Below, piece by piece: positions 38,618-51,889 of a stretch of 64,000 bases of DNA; position 1 is the first letter of the stretch, and every line of letters begins with the position of its first letter. The notes beneath the pieces were generated by a model. That model did no database searches. It worked only from the letters and a program-made list of their open reading frames with translations, and was not told where the DNA came from. The stretch spans positions 82,026,001-82,090,000 of the forward strand of contig OX597822.1 in the NCBI GenBank assembly GCA_951406725.2. The letters are read 5' to 3'. The DNA is from Octopus vulgaris. Taxonomy: Eukaryota. Made by a program: the position numbers and the translations under genes.

Positions 38618-41220
38618 CATCATCATCATCATCATCATCATTTAGCGTCCGTTTTCCATGCTAGCATGGGTTGGACGGTTCAACTGGGGTCTGGGGAGCC
38701 CGAAGGCTGCACCAGGCCAGTCAGATCTGGCAGTGTTTCTACAGCTGGATGCCCTTCCTAACGCCAACCACTCCGAGAGTGTAGTGGGTGATTTTATGTG
38801 CCACCGACACAGGTGCCAGACGAGGCTGGCGAACGGCCACGCTCGGATGGTGTTTTTATGTGCCACCGACACAGGTGCCAGACGAGGCTGGCAGACGGCC
38901 ACGCTCGGATGGTGTTTTTATGTGCCACCGACACAGGTGCCAGATGAGGCTGGCAGGTGCCAGACGAGGCTGGCAGACGGCCACGCTCGGATGGTGTTTT
39001 TATGTGCCACCGACACAGGTGCCAGATGAGGCTGGCGGACGGCCACGATCGGATGGTGTTTGTTACGTCCCCAAAGCACGGAGGCCAGTCTATGCGGTAC
39101 TGGCTACGGCCACGTTCGGATGATTTTCTTGTGTGCCACCGGCACTGGTACCACAAAGATACAAATTCCATTTATGTTCATCTATTTTGATTTGTTTTGA
39201 TTTGATTTGATTTGATTTGATTTTCACTTGCCTCAACAGGTCTTCACAAGTGTCACAAGAAGGAAGGTATGCACAGGTGGACTGTCTACGTCGCCGGGTC
39301 TTCGGATGGTGTCTTTATGTGCCACCGACACAGGTGCCAGATGTGGCTGGCGAACGGCCACGATCGGATGGTTTTCTTGTGTGCCACCGGTACTGGAACC
39401 ACAAAGATACAAATTCCATTGATGTTCATCTATTTTGATTTGGTTTGATTTTGATTTTCACTTGCCTCAACAGGTCTTCACAAGTGTCACGCGTGTCACA
39501 CACTTGCCTCAACAGGTCTCCACAAGTGTCACACACTTGCCTCTGCCTCAACAGGTCTTCACAAAGTGTCACACACTTGCCTCTGCCTCAACAGGTCTTC
39601 ACAAGTGTCATAAGAGGGAAGGTATGCACAGGTGGACTGACTACGTCGCCGGGTCTTTGGATGGTGTTTTTATGTGCCACCGACACAGGTGCCAGGTGAG
39701 GCTGGCGAACGGCCACGATCAGATGGTGTTTGTTGTGCCCACAGCACGGAGGCCAGTCGATGCGGTACCAGCTACGGCCACGTTCGGATGGTTTTCTTGT
39801 GTGCCACCTGTACTGGAACCACAAAGATACAAATTCCATTGATATTCATCTATTTTGATTTGGTTTGATTTTCACTTGCCTCAACAGGTCTTCACAAGGG
39901 TCACACACTTGCCTCAACAGGTCTCCACCAGTGTCACACACTTGCCTCTGCCTCAGTAGGTCTTCACAAGTGTCACACACTTGCCTCAACAGGTCTTCAC
40001 AAGTGTCATAAGAGGGAAGGTATGCACAGGTGGACTGACTACGTCGCCGGGTCTTCGGATGGTGTCTTTATGTGCCACCGGCACAGGTGCCAGATGAGGC
40101 TGGCGAACGGCCACGATCGGATGGTGTTTGTTGTGCCCACAGCACGGAGGCCAGTCGATGCGGTACTGGTTACGGCCACGTTTGGGTGGTTTTCTTGTGT
40201 GCCACCGGCACTGGTACCACAAAGAATACAATTCCACTGATGTTCATCTATTTTGATTTGTTTTGATTTGATTTGATTTGATTTTCACTTGCCTCAACAG
40301 GTCTTCATAAGTGTCACAAGAAGGAAGGTATGCACAGGACTGACTACGTCCCAGGTCGGGGCCACGGGTTATGGCCTGACTAGTCTTGCCGGGTCTTCTC
40401 ATGCACAGCATACTTCCATAGGTCTCGGTCTCTAGACATTTCCTTAGTGAGACCTAAAGTTCGAAGGTCGTGCTTCACCACCTCGTCCCAGGTTTTCCTG
40501 GGTCTACCTCTTCCACAGGTTCCCTCCACTGCTAGGGTGTAGCACTTTTGCACACAACTATCTTCAGCCTTTCTTGTCACATGACCATACCAGCGCAGCC
40601 GTCTCTCTTGCACGCCACAACTGACGCTTCTTAGGTTCAGCTTTTCTCTCAAGGAACTTACACTCTGACGATTATGAACACTGACATTACACATCCATCG
40701 GAGCATACTGGCTTCATTTCTTGCGAGCTTACGCATATCCTCAGCAGTCACGGCCCATGTTTCACTACCATGTAGCATGGCTGTACGTACACATGCATCA
40801 TACAGTCTGCCTTTTACTCTGAGCGAGAGGCCTTTTGTCACCAGCAGGGGTAAGAGCTCTCTAAACTTTGCCCAGGCTATTCTTACTCTAGCAGTTACAC
40901 TTTCAGCACAACCACCCCCGCTACTGACTTGGTCTCCTAGGTAGCGGAAGCTATCAACTACTTCTAGTTTGTCTCCCTGGAACGTGGCAGAAGTTGGTCT
41001 CTGCATATTTCCAGTGTTTATTGCTCCTGAGCATTTGCCACAGACAAAAACTATTTTCCTAGTTAGCCTTCCTTTGACATTGCTGCACCTCTTATGTGTC
41101 CATAGCTTACACTTGGTGCATCTTATAGAGTTTCTACCTACACCTTTTACAGATCGAGCAGGGCCATCTACCTGAAGGCGTTTGTGATTGATCTACCTTC
41201 CTACTTATTAGAACTTTGGT
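38618..41220 (-). mobile_element. Young RTE LINE 3' portion with expanded tandem-repeat 3' UTR
   Basis: The open 208-aa ORF at 40380-41006 (FRYLG, GSETW, RRLRWYGHV, GRPRKTW) is preceded by a WPCSIC..C..C Cys-rich region. The 3' UTR is about 1.75 kb of nested repeats with a (GAT)n tail. Confidence 0.93.
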
Positions 41221-42089
41221 TTTGGCTGTGTTAGAAAGGGCATCCAGCTGTAAAAATCCTGCCAAAACAGTAACAGAAGTCTGGTGTAGGCTTCTGCCTG
41301 GCCGGCTCTTGTGAAGCCATTCCACCCATGCCAGCATGGAAAGCAGATGTTAAATGATATGATGATTATGATATATATATATATATATGATGGGTTTCTT
41401 ATAGTTCTTGTATGCCAAACCCAATCAGAGGTTTTGATTGGACATTAAAACAAGCATCATCATCACCATCATTGTTTAATGTCCATTTTCCATGCTGGCT
41501 TGGGTTGGATGGTTTGACCGAGGACTGGCAAGCCAGGAGGCCCCACCAGGCTCCAATCTGATCTGGCAGGATTTCTACAGTTAGATGCCCTTCCTCATGC
41601 CAACCATTCCGAGAGTGTAGAGGGTACTTTTTACATGCCACCAGCACAGGAGGCAGTCTGGTGGCACTGGCATCGACCACATTCAGATGGTGCTTTTTCG
41701 TGTGACCGGCATGGGGAGTCAGTCAAGTGACACTGGCATTGACTCATGCTTGAATGGTGCTTATTATGTGACACCAGCACGAGTACCAGTCAGGCAGCAC
41801 TGGCATCGGCCACAACTACGATTTCTATCTTGATTTTAACTTTGACTGTAATGATAATGAGGATGACAACGATGATGATGATGGTGGTAATAATAATGGT
41901 GATGATGATGATGGTGAATGGCTGGTGATCCAAGAGTTCCATAAGTTACAAATGTTTGTTTTTTTTAACTGAGAGATTTCTCACTTTCGATTCAGCTGAA
42001 GAAATTCTATAAATCACTGAATAATTGGTAAAATTAAAAAGCATTATTAACAGTGGAATTATAGGAAATTGCTTAATTAGATCATTGCT

Positions 42090-42400
42090 GTTGTTGTTTG
42101 TTTGTTCCTTCTTGAGCCACGCTTGGCTCATTAGGGCCGGTTTCCCAGTTTGCTTGGCGTATAGGTTCCCCGCCTGGACAGGACGCCAGTCCATTGCAGG
42201 TGAGCTGCAAGATGCAGGAGGAAAGACTGAGAGAAAGTTGTGGCAAAAGAGTCAACAGAAGTTCACCATTACCTTCTGCCGGAGCCACGTAGAGCTTAGG
42301 TGTTTTGCTCATAAACACACATTTTGCCCCGTCTGAGATTCGAACCCACGATACTTTGACCGCGAGTCCACTGCTCTAACCACTAGGCCATGTGCCTCCA
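42090..42400 (-). mobile_element. SINE-2-related element (same head, different tail)
   Basis: Minus-strand head GGAGGCACATGGCCTAGTGGTTAGAGCAGTGGACTCGCGGTC..GGGTTCGAATCTC, ending in (AAC)n. Confidence 0.8.
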
Positions 42401-42581
42401 CAATTAGATCATTAGTGAAAATTATTTGCAGAGGATTAGCAGGGATTAAGTTGTGGATTATGAATTATGTCCAAAGAAAGAACTAGACTTGGAAGATATT
42501 TCCTTCCACCAGAAACTTTCTCTTCATAGATTTCTGTTTCATTTTCTTGTCTATATATATATATATATAGAACATGTGTGG

Positions 42582-42621
<40 letters not shown>

Positions 42622-42639
42622 TTATGTGTGTACATTGTG

Positions 42640-42681
<42 letters not shown>

Positions 42682-42757
42682 CATAACACATGGTATATGT
42701 ATATATACATATGGATATATAAATACGCACTTTCACAGATACTCATCTACATACATA

Positions 42758-43141
42758 TCTCTCTATATATAAACGGCAGTTTGTCTGTGTGTGTTTCTGT
42801 GTGTCTGTTTGCTTGTACCCTCACCCTGACCACGGCTTTCAACCGATTCTGATGAAACTTGACACACACATAGCCCAATGTCATAATTCAAAACTAACGC
42901 AGCGAAAATTTTGAAAAGTTCCCCCAGTTCTGAAAAAGATCGATAAATTCAACATGGGGTCGACAATCAGAAATACAAACCACAGATGGTCATGGGGACG
43001 CAACTCGACCTTTTTAACTATAAAAAAAAATTTACCATCTTTTTTTCCCATTTTTTTGCTATTTTTTGGCTATAACTCTCTAAAAAATCCTTTATAGTTA
43101 TTTCCCTTACAAACCCGAGCAACGCCGGGCGATACTGCTAG
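42758..43141 (+). mobile_element. Non-autonomous Helitron
   Basis: A|TCTCTCTATATATAAACGGC start, 3' hairpin CCCGAGCAACGCCGGG and CTAG|T end. Confidence 0.88.
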
Positions 43142-43579
43142 TATATACATACATGTATACAAACACACACACATATACATAAACTCACACGCATACACAT
43201 AACAAGCTTGTTCTTTTTGTTTTACGTCTATCTTTCAATGGTAGCATGGGTTAGGCAAATATATATTGAAAACATTCTCAGCCAGACGCCCTTCCGCTTG
43301 CCAATCCACATCCGTTTTTAATCTCTTTAAAAGCTCAGATCTACAGGATGATTTGTTTGTAGAGAATATCAACAATCATCCTGAGAGAGTTTTCTTTCAA
43401 TGATAAGAGGAAGTCCATAACTTTGAAATGAGGCACCATATCTATTCGTGTATTTGTTGCACTGTTTTATCCTTGATTTTAACTGAAAAAATACCCCTGC
43501 GATGTGACTTATATTTGGGTCAAAGCTAAAACAATGAAAGGAACCAAATTTTGTACCAAGATTTAAAGCTAAATTAGGG

Positions 43580-44054
43580 ATATTATTTACATTTGATGGA
43601 TATTTGTCCTCATCTTGTTTGTTGTTAACATATTTCAGCTGATATACTCTCCAGCTTTCATCAGGTGTCTTGGGGAAATTTTGAACCTGGGTTCTCATTC
43701 CTAAGATATTTTTTTATGTTATTATTATTATTTAGGTCACTGCCTGGAATCGAACTCGGAATCTTGGGGTTAGCAGCCCGTTTTCTTAACCCCTACGCTA
43801 TATGCCCGTGGTTAAGAGCACGGGCCACTAACCCCAAGATTCCAAGTTCGATTCCAGGAAGTGACCTGAATAATAATAATAATAACATCGAAAAATACCT
43901 CAGGAATGAGAACCCAGGTAAAACATTTCCTCAAGACACCTAATGAAGGCTGGAGGGTATATCAGCTGAAATATGTTAACAACAAACAAGATGAGGACCA
44001 GTATCCGTCAAATGTAAATAATGTACATAATTCCTCATCTCTTAAATATAGAAA
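43580..44054. mobile_element. Head-to-head pair of tRNA-head + hammerhead elements (family A) with 11-bp flanking direct repeat
   Basis: tRNA-like heads lie at 43734-43807 (minus) and 43808-43868 (plus), each followed by an (AAT)n linker. HHR motifs lie at 43624-43669 (minus) and 43935-43977 (plus). CTAAATTAGGG occurs at 43569-43579 and 44055-44065. Confidence 0.85.
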
Positions 44055-44874
44055 CTAAATTAGGGGTGTTACTTATACACAAGAGTGACTTATAAATGAA
44101 TAAATAAGGCCAGTTTTATCTTAATCTGTTTACTTAAACCTTATTATATCTAAACCTTCCCGAATTTTTGTTCGCTTGATGTGTGATACTTGTTTAACTG
44201 GTTCTTGAATGGTTAATGGATGCCATGTCTCTTAAACATACACATCTTGGCAAGAAAGTGGGTGTCTTTATTTCTTTGAGTGTACTTTGATACATTTTAT
44301 GGTTGTGTGTGTGTGTATGCATACGTGTGCAAGTGTGTATATGTGCATGTGCGTGCATGCATGTGTGTGCATATGTGTGTATGCATGTGTGTGTATGCAT
44401 GTGTGTGTGTGTCTTGCCTAAAAATAAACCAAACTTTAAAAAAATATTTTGCTTTACTCATAACTTAATTAGATTTTTCTCCTTCAAAATAGTTTCTTCT
44501 TCTCATGTCGGTACACCACCACCACCAACACCCCCTTCTTTTTTAGTCATTCCAGTTTTAGAATGTGATTTCTGAATTCAGTTTCAGTTTTCATCAAGAA
44601 TTTTATTCAAATCTCTAACCAGAAATGAGCTACCACAGAGAACAAAAGAAAGTCTGCAGGGGCCAAAACCAGATAGAAGGATGTCTTGAGGAGGAGATTC
44701 ATTTCATATTTTGCCCAAAAGACACAGGCAAGGGCCTCATGCTTGAACAGGTCCATTCTTGTAGGGCAATTGCTAATATTTGTTTTTCCATGTCTCTGAT
44801 TGCTTCCTTTGCTTTCTTTCTTCCAGAACAACCAAATACAACTCTTTATTGATTGAATGATTATGTAGAACAAG

Positions 44875-45255
44875 TGGAGGCACAATGGCCCAGTGGTTAG
44901 GGCAGAAGACTCCTGGATATAGGATCGCTGCTTCAATTCCCAGACCAGGCATTGAGTGTTTATTGAGTGAAAACACTCTAAAGCTCCATGAGACTTCTAG
45001 CAGGGGGTGGTAGCGAACCCTGCTGTACTCTTTCACCACAGCTTTCTCTCACTCTTTCTTCCTGTTTCTGTTGTACGTGTATTTCAAAGGGCCAGCCTTG
45101 TCACACTCTGTGTCTCGCTGAATCTCCCCGAGAACTACATTAAGGATACATGTGTCTGTAGAGTGCTCAGCCACTTGCTCGTTAATTTAACGAGCAGGCT
45201 GTTCTGTTGATTGGATCAACTGGAGCCCTTGTCATTGTAACCGACAGAGTGCCAT
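44875..45255 (+). mobile_element. SINE-2 copy
   Basis: Collinear with 15826-16180. Confidence 0.85.
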
Positions 45256-45859
45256 AGTAATGTAGAACAAACAATAATCTAACTAGTATGTGGCTCACTG
45301 CAGTTTACCTTACAGAAATGCTCAGCTGTTCTCCAGGTTACACTTCTATCTCCCCCATATTCCAGATATAACGTCATCTAGAACTTTGATGAACTTGAGT
45401 TCAGAATCATCATTGACAAATATCAAATAACTCAGGTATTCATTTTCATTCTTGATCACACTTCATTTTCAATGTACTTTTAACATCCTTTTTTCCATGT
45501 TTGCAAGGGTCAGACAGAATTTAAGGCAAACTATTTATGTCTAGATGCCCTGCTTGTCTCCAACTCACACCTGTATCCAAGCAAAGTAACATCTGCCCAT
45601 GGATGGACATGCTTTCAAGAAGGACAGGAAACAAAGAACATCACCTATGTGATGGTAACTCTTGTCTTACAACCATCACACAATGCCTTGACAAGGAGAT
45701 ACAAGCATCTTTCCAATATGTTCACAAAACCTTGGTTGGCCCTGCACTATTGTAGAAAGCACTTACCTAAGGTACCACACAGTGAGCCTGAGTCTGAAAC
45801 CATGTCACTGGGAAGCAAGCTAATTTTCTCATTTGCCTCCCAACAATAAGAGCAAACCG

Positions 45860-46775
45860 TTCATTGACATGGAAAAGGCATTTAAAAGGTCACAACACTT
45901 GCTAATTAGGTGATTACTAATGAAACTGGGTGTTGAGAAATGGCTTGTGAGAGCTGTGAGGGCTTGTGAGGGTTGTGAGGGCTGAGGGCTGTACAAGCTA
46001 TGTACAAAGATGTAGCAAGTAAAATAAATCAACAACTATTTCAGTGACAAATTGTGTGAATGCAGGAGTCAATCAAGGCTCAGCCCTTAATCTCATCTTA
46101 TATATATTGTAGTCCAACAGGCCTAACTCTACCCCTATTCATCATAGTCCGACAGGCCATCACAAAGTAGTTAAAACTGATTGTCCATACAAACTCCTTA
46201 TATACTGATGATCTAGTCCCCATTACTAAATCTATTCAGGAATTAGAGATGAAATCCCATGCATGGAAGGTAAACCTAGAATTGAGATGTCTTAAGGTAA
46301 ACTTAGCAAAGACTAAGGCTTAATAAGTAGAAAAGAAGACAGAACCCTTGTGTCCTCAGAGAAACAGTTTTGCTTTCTATGAGGGAAAGATGTAGGTATA
46401 AACCCCATGCACAGGGCCCAACGTAAGCTATGAACGCACGAAAGGTGCAATGGAATCAAAGGCAAATTAAGAGAAAGTAAGCTTCATATGTGACAGATGC
46501 ACTGGAGCCGTACATATAAACACATTAGAAATAGATTATCTTAAATGTCTGGATGGCTTACTACAAGAAATAGGCAGCTTACGTAGCCAAGGAGATGTAA
46601 TTAGGAGAGGAGAGAGTTGCTCTTAAAGTATATTAGGTGGGGAGAAGAACAGGTTGGATAAAGTTCAGCCGGTTACTATGACTGCTTGCAACAAAGGTGT
46701 TTCCCCTTGGGATGAAGGGCAGACTGTATGACGTTTGTGTTAGAACTGCAATGTTACATGGTAGTGAGATACAGA
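45860..46775 (+). mobile_element. Highly decayed RTE LINE RT fragment
   Basis: FIDMEKAFKRS, GVNQGSALN, LLYTDDL and GRLYDVCVRTAMLHGSE remnants. Confidence 0.8.
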
Positions 46776-47544
46776 CTGGCTGTCATTGCTTTCTTTTTAA
46801 TTTATCCTCTTAGTCACAGTCTCATGGATGGCTGGACAGTTCGTTTACTAGTATGGACTCTTTAGTCTCACAGGGCACAAAGTAACCACACCATCTAGTA
46901 ACCTGGCTGATACCATAATAAAACACACCAATCACAGTTTGTAAAGTGGTTGGTGTATGAGCAGAGACATGTTGGCATGAGAGGAAGTTTTAGTTTTGCT
47001 GAGAATGACAACTTCTCTACAGCTCCTGTCACTCTGTTATGTAGTTAGAGTTAGAAAGGGCACCCAGCTGTAGAAATCATGCTAAAAATAAAGCGTATAA
47101 GGGAGATAGGGTCCTCAATCTATCTAGAGGTGCTTGGTGGGGACAGTGATGGAATGTAAACTGACTGACACCATGGCAATGTATTTTAGTATGAAAAGCA
47201 GATGCAAAAATGTGTGTGTGTGCATTTTGAGAGTTATACTACTGTCATTAAACACATACACTGGTTGTAGTTCACTTCAGATGTTAATTAATTTATCATA
47301 AATTTTTCGTCTCACTTCTGTAACAATGATTCCAAACCCTCCGAATGATATTCTTGCATGCTTTGTTGCCAAGACCCATCAAGTGCGCACGCGCATCTGT
47401 GTGTTTTATTATTGTTTTATTTTCAACATGTCAGTTTTATTTTTCTTCATTTTGTTTTTTGATTTGTTGTTGCTGACATTAGAATGGATATACGAGTGTG
47501 TGTTTTTCTTAGTTTGTTGTTTGTGCTTGTGTATTCTTTTACTT

Positions 47545-47945
47545 GTTTAAGTCATTTCACTGCAACCATTCTGGAGCACTGCCTTGAAAGCTTTTAGTGG
47601 AACAAATCAACCTCAGGACTTATTTCTTAAGCCTAGTACTTATTCTGCCGGTCTTTTTTGCTGAACCACTAATGTCATGGAGACATAAACATACCAACAC
47701 TGGTTGTCAAGAGGTGATGGGGTGGCAAACAGATACAAAGTCTCACACACACACACACACACAAATATATATATATATATATATATGCAACAGGCTTCTC
47801 TCAGTTTCCATCTACCAAATCCATTCACAAGGCTTTGGTTGGCCTAAGGCTATAGTAGAAGACACATGCTCCAAATGCCATGCAGTGGGAGTGAACATGG
47901 AACCATGTGGCAGGGAAGCAAGCTTCTTACCACACAGCTACACAA
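47545..47945 (-). mobile_element. SINE-1 copy
   Basis: Reverse-complement homology to 8715-9075. Confidence 0.8.
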
Positions 47946-48450
47946 GCACCTATTTATGGTTTTTGTATGGTTTGTGTGTTAGTGGTTTGTGTATGTGTGT
48001 TTGGGTGTGGTGGTTAACTTTTGTTGATGCTAATCTTATTTTAATTCTCATTCGTTTATTACTGAGGTGATAATGGTAGCAGAGAGTTGTGCAAATGTTG
48101 ATCCTCATTCCATTCATTGAGGATATGTATGGAATCAAGTTTTACTCCAAATATGTATACTGCTTCTGTAGTCTCTCAGAATGTTGGATCTTTTTGATGC
48201 ATAGAAAGAAGTTTAATTTCATCCATGCTTAGTAACTCTTTGTGCTTCTGTTTTTGTGTAGGAGTGTATGTTTTATTGACTCCAAAGATATGAAAGCCCA
48301 ACTGGGCTTGGACAGGATTTGAACTGATAATGTAGAGGGATGAGGCAAGGCATTTTATTCAGTGCTATTATATTTCTAACACTTCGAAGTATTCCAAGCA
48401 CCACACTTATGTAGCACCACCATTCAGCATCACACTATACTGAATTATAC

Positions 48451-49501
48451 CAACAGTTCTCAACCTTTTTTAATCTATGTACCCCTTTGATTACTCTTGT
48501 CATAGGGTTATGTTGTTGTCATTATGGTAGCCATTGGTGAATGTATTTCTCAGGCTGCATGAAGAAGTAATTAACAACATTCACAAACAATTAATAGAAA
48601 GCTTTATTTACTGCACATACAGTTTTGTGTGTTGGTCTTTTGACAAAAACTAACAGCAATGATTACACATCAGGAGAGACATGCAAGTGGGATCTACAGC
48701 AATTTAACTGGTATAGCAATTGCAGCTGGCCCATCACAACTGGAAAATAACCATGCTACATTCATGTTGACAGAGTCCATGACCTGTATCTGCCAGGAGA
48801 GACATGCAAGTGGGATCTACAGCAATTTAACTGGTATAGCAATTGCATCTGGCCCATCACAACTGGAAAATAATTATGCTACATTCATGTTGACAGAGTC
48901 CATGCACTGTATCTACCAAGAGCTGGTGATGAAATGAGAATGGAGACATCAAATGGTGGTCTCAACATCCTGGAATTGCTGCCAAAAACCACCTTTATGT
49001 AGGGCTCAATGACAAAGTTCTAGAAGATGGAATTATGCAATAGTGTGATTGGTCAGCTCATCAGTTGATCATGTGAAACTAATGTAGCTTGTCTGTGATG
49101 CCTACTCAGCTACCCAGCTATTTGGTTTTGAATCTGCTACACTGTTTTACTCTAGTAGACCCTCCGCCATAGCCATTCCATGTTTAAAAAGTACTTTTAT
49201 CAATACTTCTTTCAAAGTTCCTATTTTGTTTTTCTCATGTTTACTTGTGTAGGATTGCACAAGAACTCTCTGAGAGAACATGTTTCAGTCGCCAGAAAGA
49301 TGTTGGACTAAGTTAAGTGCTAGAGAAAGAAACCTCGCTGTTTCTTGCAATAAGCACATCTATAGCAAAGTATTTCCGTTAACCCCTAGATACTACCCTA
49401 GAATTCCCAATTTACTGTTTTGCTTGCGTGGTTCCCGCAAAATCTAATATGAACACCCCCCCCCCCCCCCGGGTCATGTGGACCTCAGTTGAAAACCACT
49501 G
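48451..49501. mobile_element. Probable hAT (Charlie-like) non-autonomous element with internal insertion
   Basis: Termini CAACAGTTCTCAACC...AGTTGAAAACCACTG resemble CAGTGGTTCTCAAC TIRs. No clear TSD. Confidence 0.45.
48671..48920. repeat. Direct tandem duplication, 123-bp unit x2
   Basis: CAGGAGAGACATGCAAGTGGG starts at 48671 and again at 48794, and the copies are near-identical. Confidence 0.9.
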
Positions 49502-50073
49502 CTTTAAATAGTAAGCAGCATATGCAGTATTTTAAAGGTGTTTTTTTAACAAATACAGAAGGGCAAATGAGAAAGCTGACCTTTGCAGGCTTGGAATGCA
49601 GAAGTTTAAAACATAGTCGAAATGGTTTTTAAAAATGTAAAGAAATTTTTTTCTTTATTCAGACACACCAGAATGAAAAAAAAAAAAATGTGCATTTAGC
49701 AAGGATATAAATATAAGCATATATATAAAAGAATAAAAATAAAAATAAATAAAAATGTGTTTTACACGTAGGATGTTCACTTGTCTTGAATGACAGACAA
49801 GCTGCTGTAGTGTTATTTATAACACTACACTGCCATTATATATATATATGTAAAATATATGTAAAATATGTGTAATCTATACACGCACACATACATACAT
49901 ACATACATACATGCACACACACATGCACACTGACTATGAGGGAACTGCAAGCTTTGCTTTCACATGATACACAAACATTTCTCCCTAAATTTACAACAAC
50001 TGCCTTAATTCATACACCCACTTTTCTGACTGTCTGTCTGGTTGGCTGTCTGTCCTACCTTATTCTTGTACGT

Positions 50074-50111
<38 letters not shown>

Positions 50112-51484
50112 AGGGAGGAAGAGAGAGAAAGAAAGAGAGAGAAAGAGTAAGAGAGAAAGGGAAAGAGAGAGAGAGGAAGAGAGAAAGGGAGAGAGAGGGA
50201 GAGGGAAAGAGAGAGAAAGGAAGGAAGAGAGAGAGGAATAGAGAGAGAGAGAGAGAGGAGACTAGTTAGTAACTAGTTTATCCACTAAAACTAGTTTCAA
50301 AAAAGTCACAAAGATTAAAACAAGATTAGATCTGAATAAGCAAGTCGTTAACAAATTCCTATAATTAACTCGCCTTCCTGTTGTTGTATTGAGTAGTTTA
50401 TTTATCATTTAAAAGTCTTCTGCTGGCAATTAAGCACACAATAATTCACATTCACTCATTCATTTTACGTCCGTTTTTCTATGCCTTCATGGGTTGGGGG
50501 AATATGCTATTTAAGACATTGCTTTTCTTTGCAGCTGGATGTTCTTCCCTTGTCTGCTTTTCAAGAAAGGTGAGGTGGGGGCGGGGGTCACCCTTTCCCA
50601 CATGGCTTTGAAACAATCCAACACCATCATCACCATACTTTCATGCAAGCAAATGAGGATGTAAATGTACAAACATACACATCTCTATACATACGAACAT
50701 ACACATGGGGGTATTTCAATTTCTATTGCCCAAATTAACTCACAAGGCTTTGCTCAGCCCAGGGCTATAATAGAAGACATTTGCTCAGGGTACTGTGCAA
50801 TGGAACTGAACCCGAGACCACAGGGGTGGGATGCAAACTTTTTAGCCACAAAGCGGGTAATTACATATATACGTGTGTGAGTGTGTGTGCATATGTGTGT
50901 GTGTATGTATATAATGTGCATGTGTGTGTGTACCTTAAATCCTCGGATATGATAAGGTGGCCAACCCCAACTCCACACACACACACATCCCCCACCTACT
51001 ACCTACCCTTCCTCCTCCTTCATTCTCTCTAATCTATATATTGTTGACATAAGAATTTAGGAACTTCACAGAGTACCTTTGACTTTATCTATCCAAAGGG
51101 CCCTTTAACCCAATATTTATATGCCATTATTTATAGCTTTATCTGCTTCAAGTTTCACTGTTCCAAAAACGAAATTACAAATATGTATAATACAAGAGAA
51201 TTTAGTTCACTCTGCCCTGCATTTATTTAAAAGCTTTTGTCTGCCTAAGGAGGAGAATTGCCAATCGCGGGGCTCACAGTCACAGTCTAGGACCACCGGG
51301 AATAATGGCAAACTCTGTATATGAGGAGATTAGTTACCACCCCCACTAAGGGTTATGGCTACACTCTTCACTGAGCTCCTACTTTATTCTGTATCAGATT
51401 GTATTCAGGGTTTCTGCTCTTCCAGTCAGGTTGCTTTTGTTTCCTGAATCCACTTGACCATGAAATTAAGACAAAACCCCTTTT

Positions 51485-51889
51485 AGAAAATTACTATTTT
51501 TATATCTCACAACATGAGATATTCAGCAACAGTACTTTGGAGTAAAGATTGTTTGCCAACATAACATGACAGTCCTGGTTTAGGATGAATGTTGCTCTAA
51601 TTTAGCCCCAGGAGACATCGTCTTCAGCTGGCTATACGACACGATCTGTGTCCTTATATTTTTGAACAAGGGAATCTAGCAACTCCACTCAGCTCAAAAC
51701 TTTCTCCGTGAATGTGGTGAAAAGATATTGTTTTGAGCTGAGTTGGAGTGCTAGATTCCCTTGTTTGAAAATATAAGGACACAGATTGTGTTGTATATCC
51801 AGCTGGAGACGATGTCTCCTGGGGCTAAATTACAGCAACATTCGTCCTAAACCAGGACTGCCATGTTATGTTGGCAAACAATCTTTACT
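51485..51889. mobile_element. Palindromic element (arms of about 165 bp) with asymmetric extension and 14-bp flanking direct repeat
   Basis: 51541-51703 is the reverse complement of about 51730-51889. ACAAAACCCCTTTT occurs at 51471-51484 and 51890-51903. Confidence 0.8.

Noticed and set aside
40380-41006. 208-aa host gene
   Set aside because: It is the RTE ORF2 C-terminus, with several homologous decayed copies in the window.
43734-43807. Functional tRNA-Ser(GCT) gene
   Set aside because: Acceptor and T stems pair poorly, there is no long variable arm, the anticodon differs between copies, and it is embedded in a repeat.
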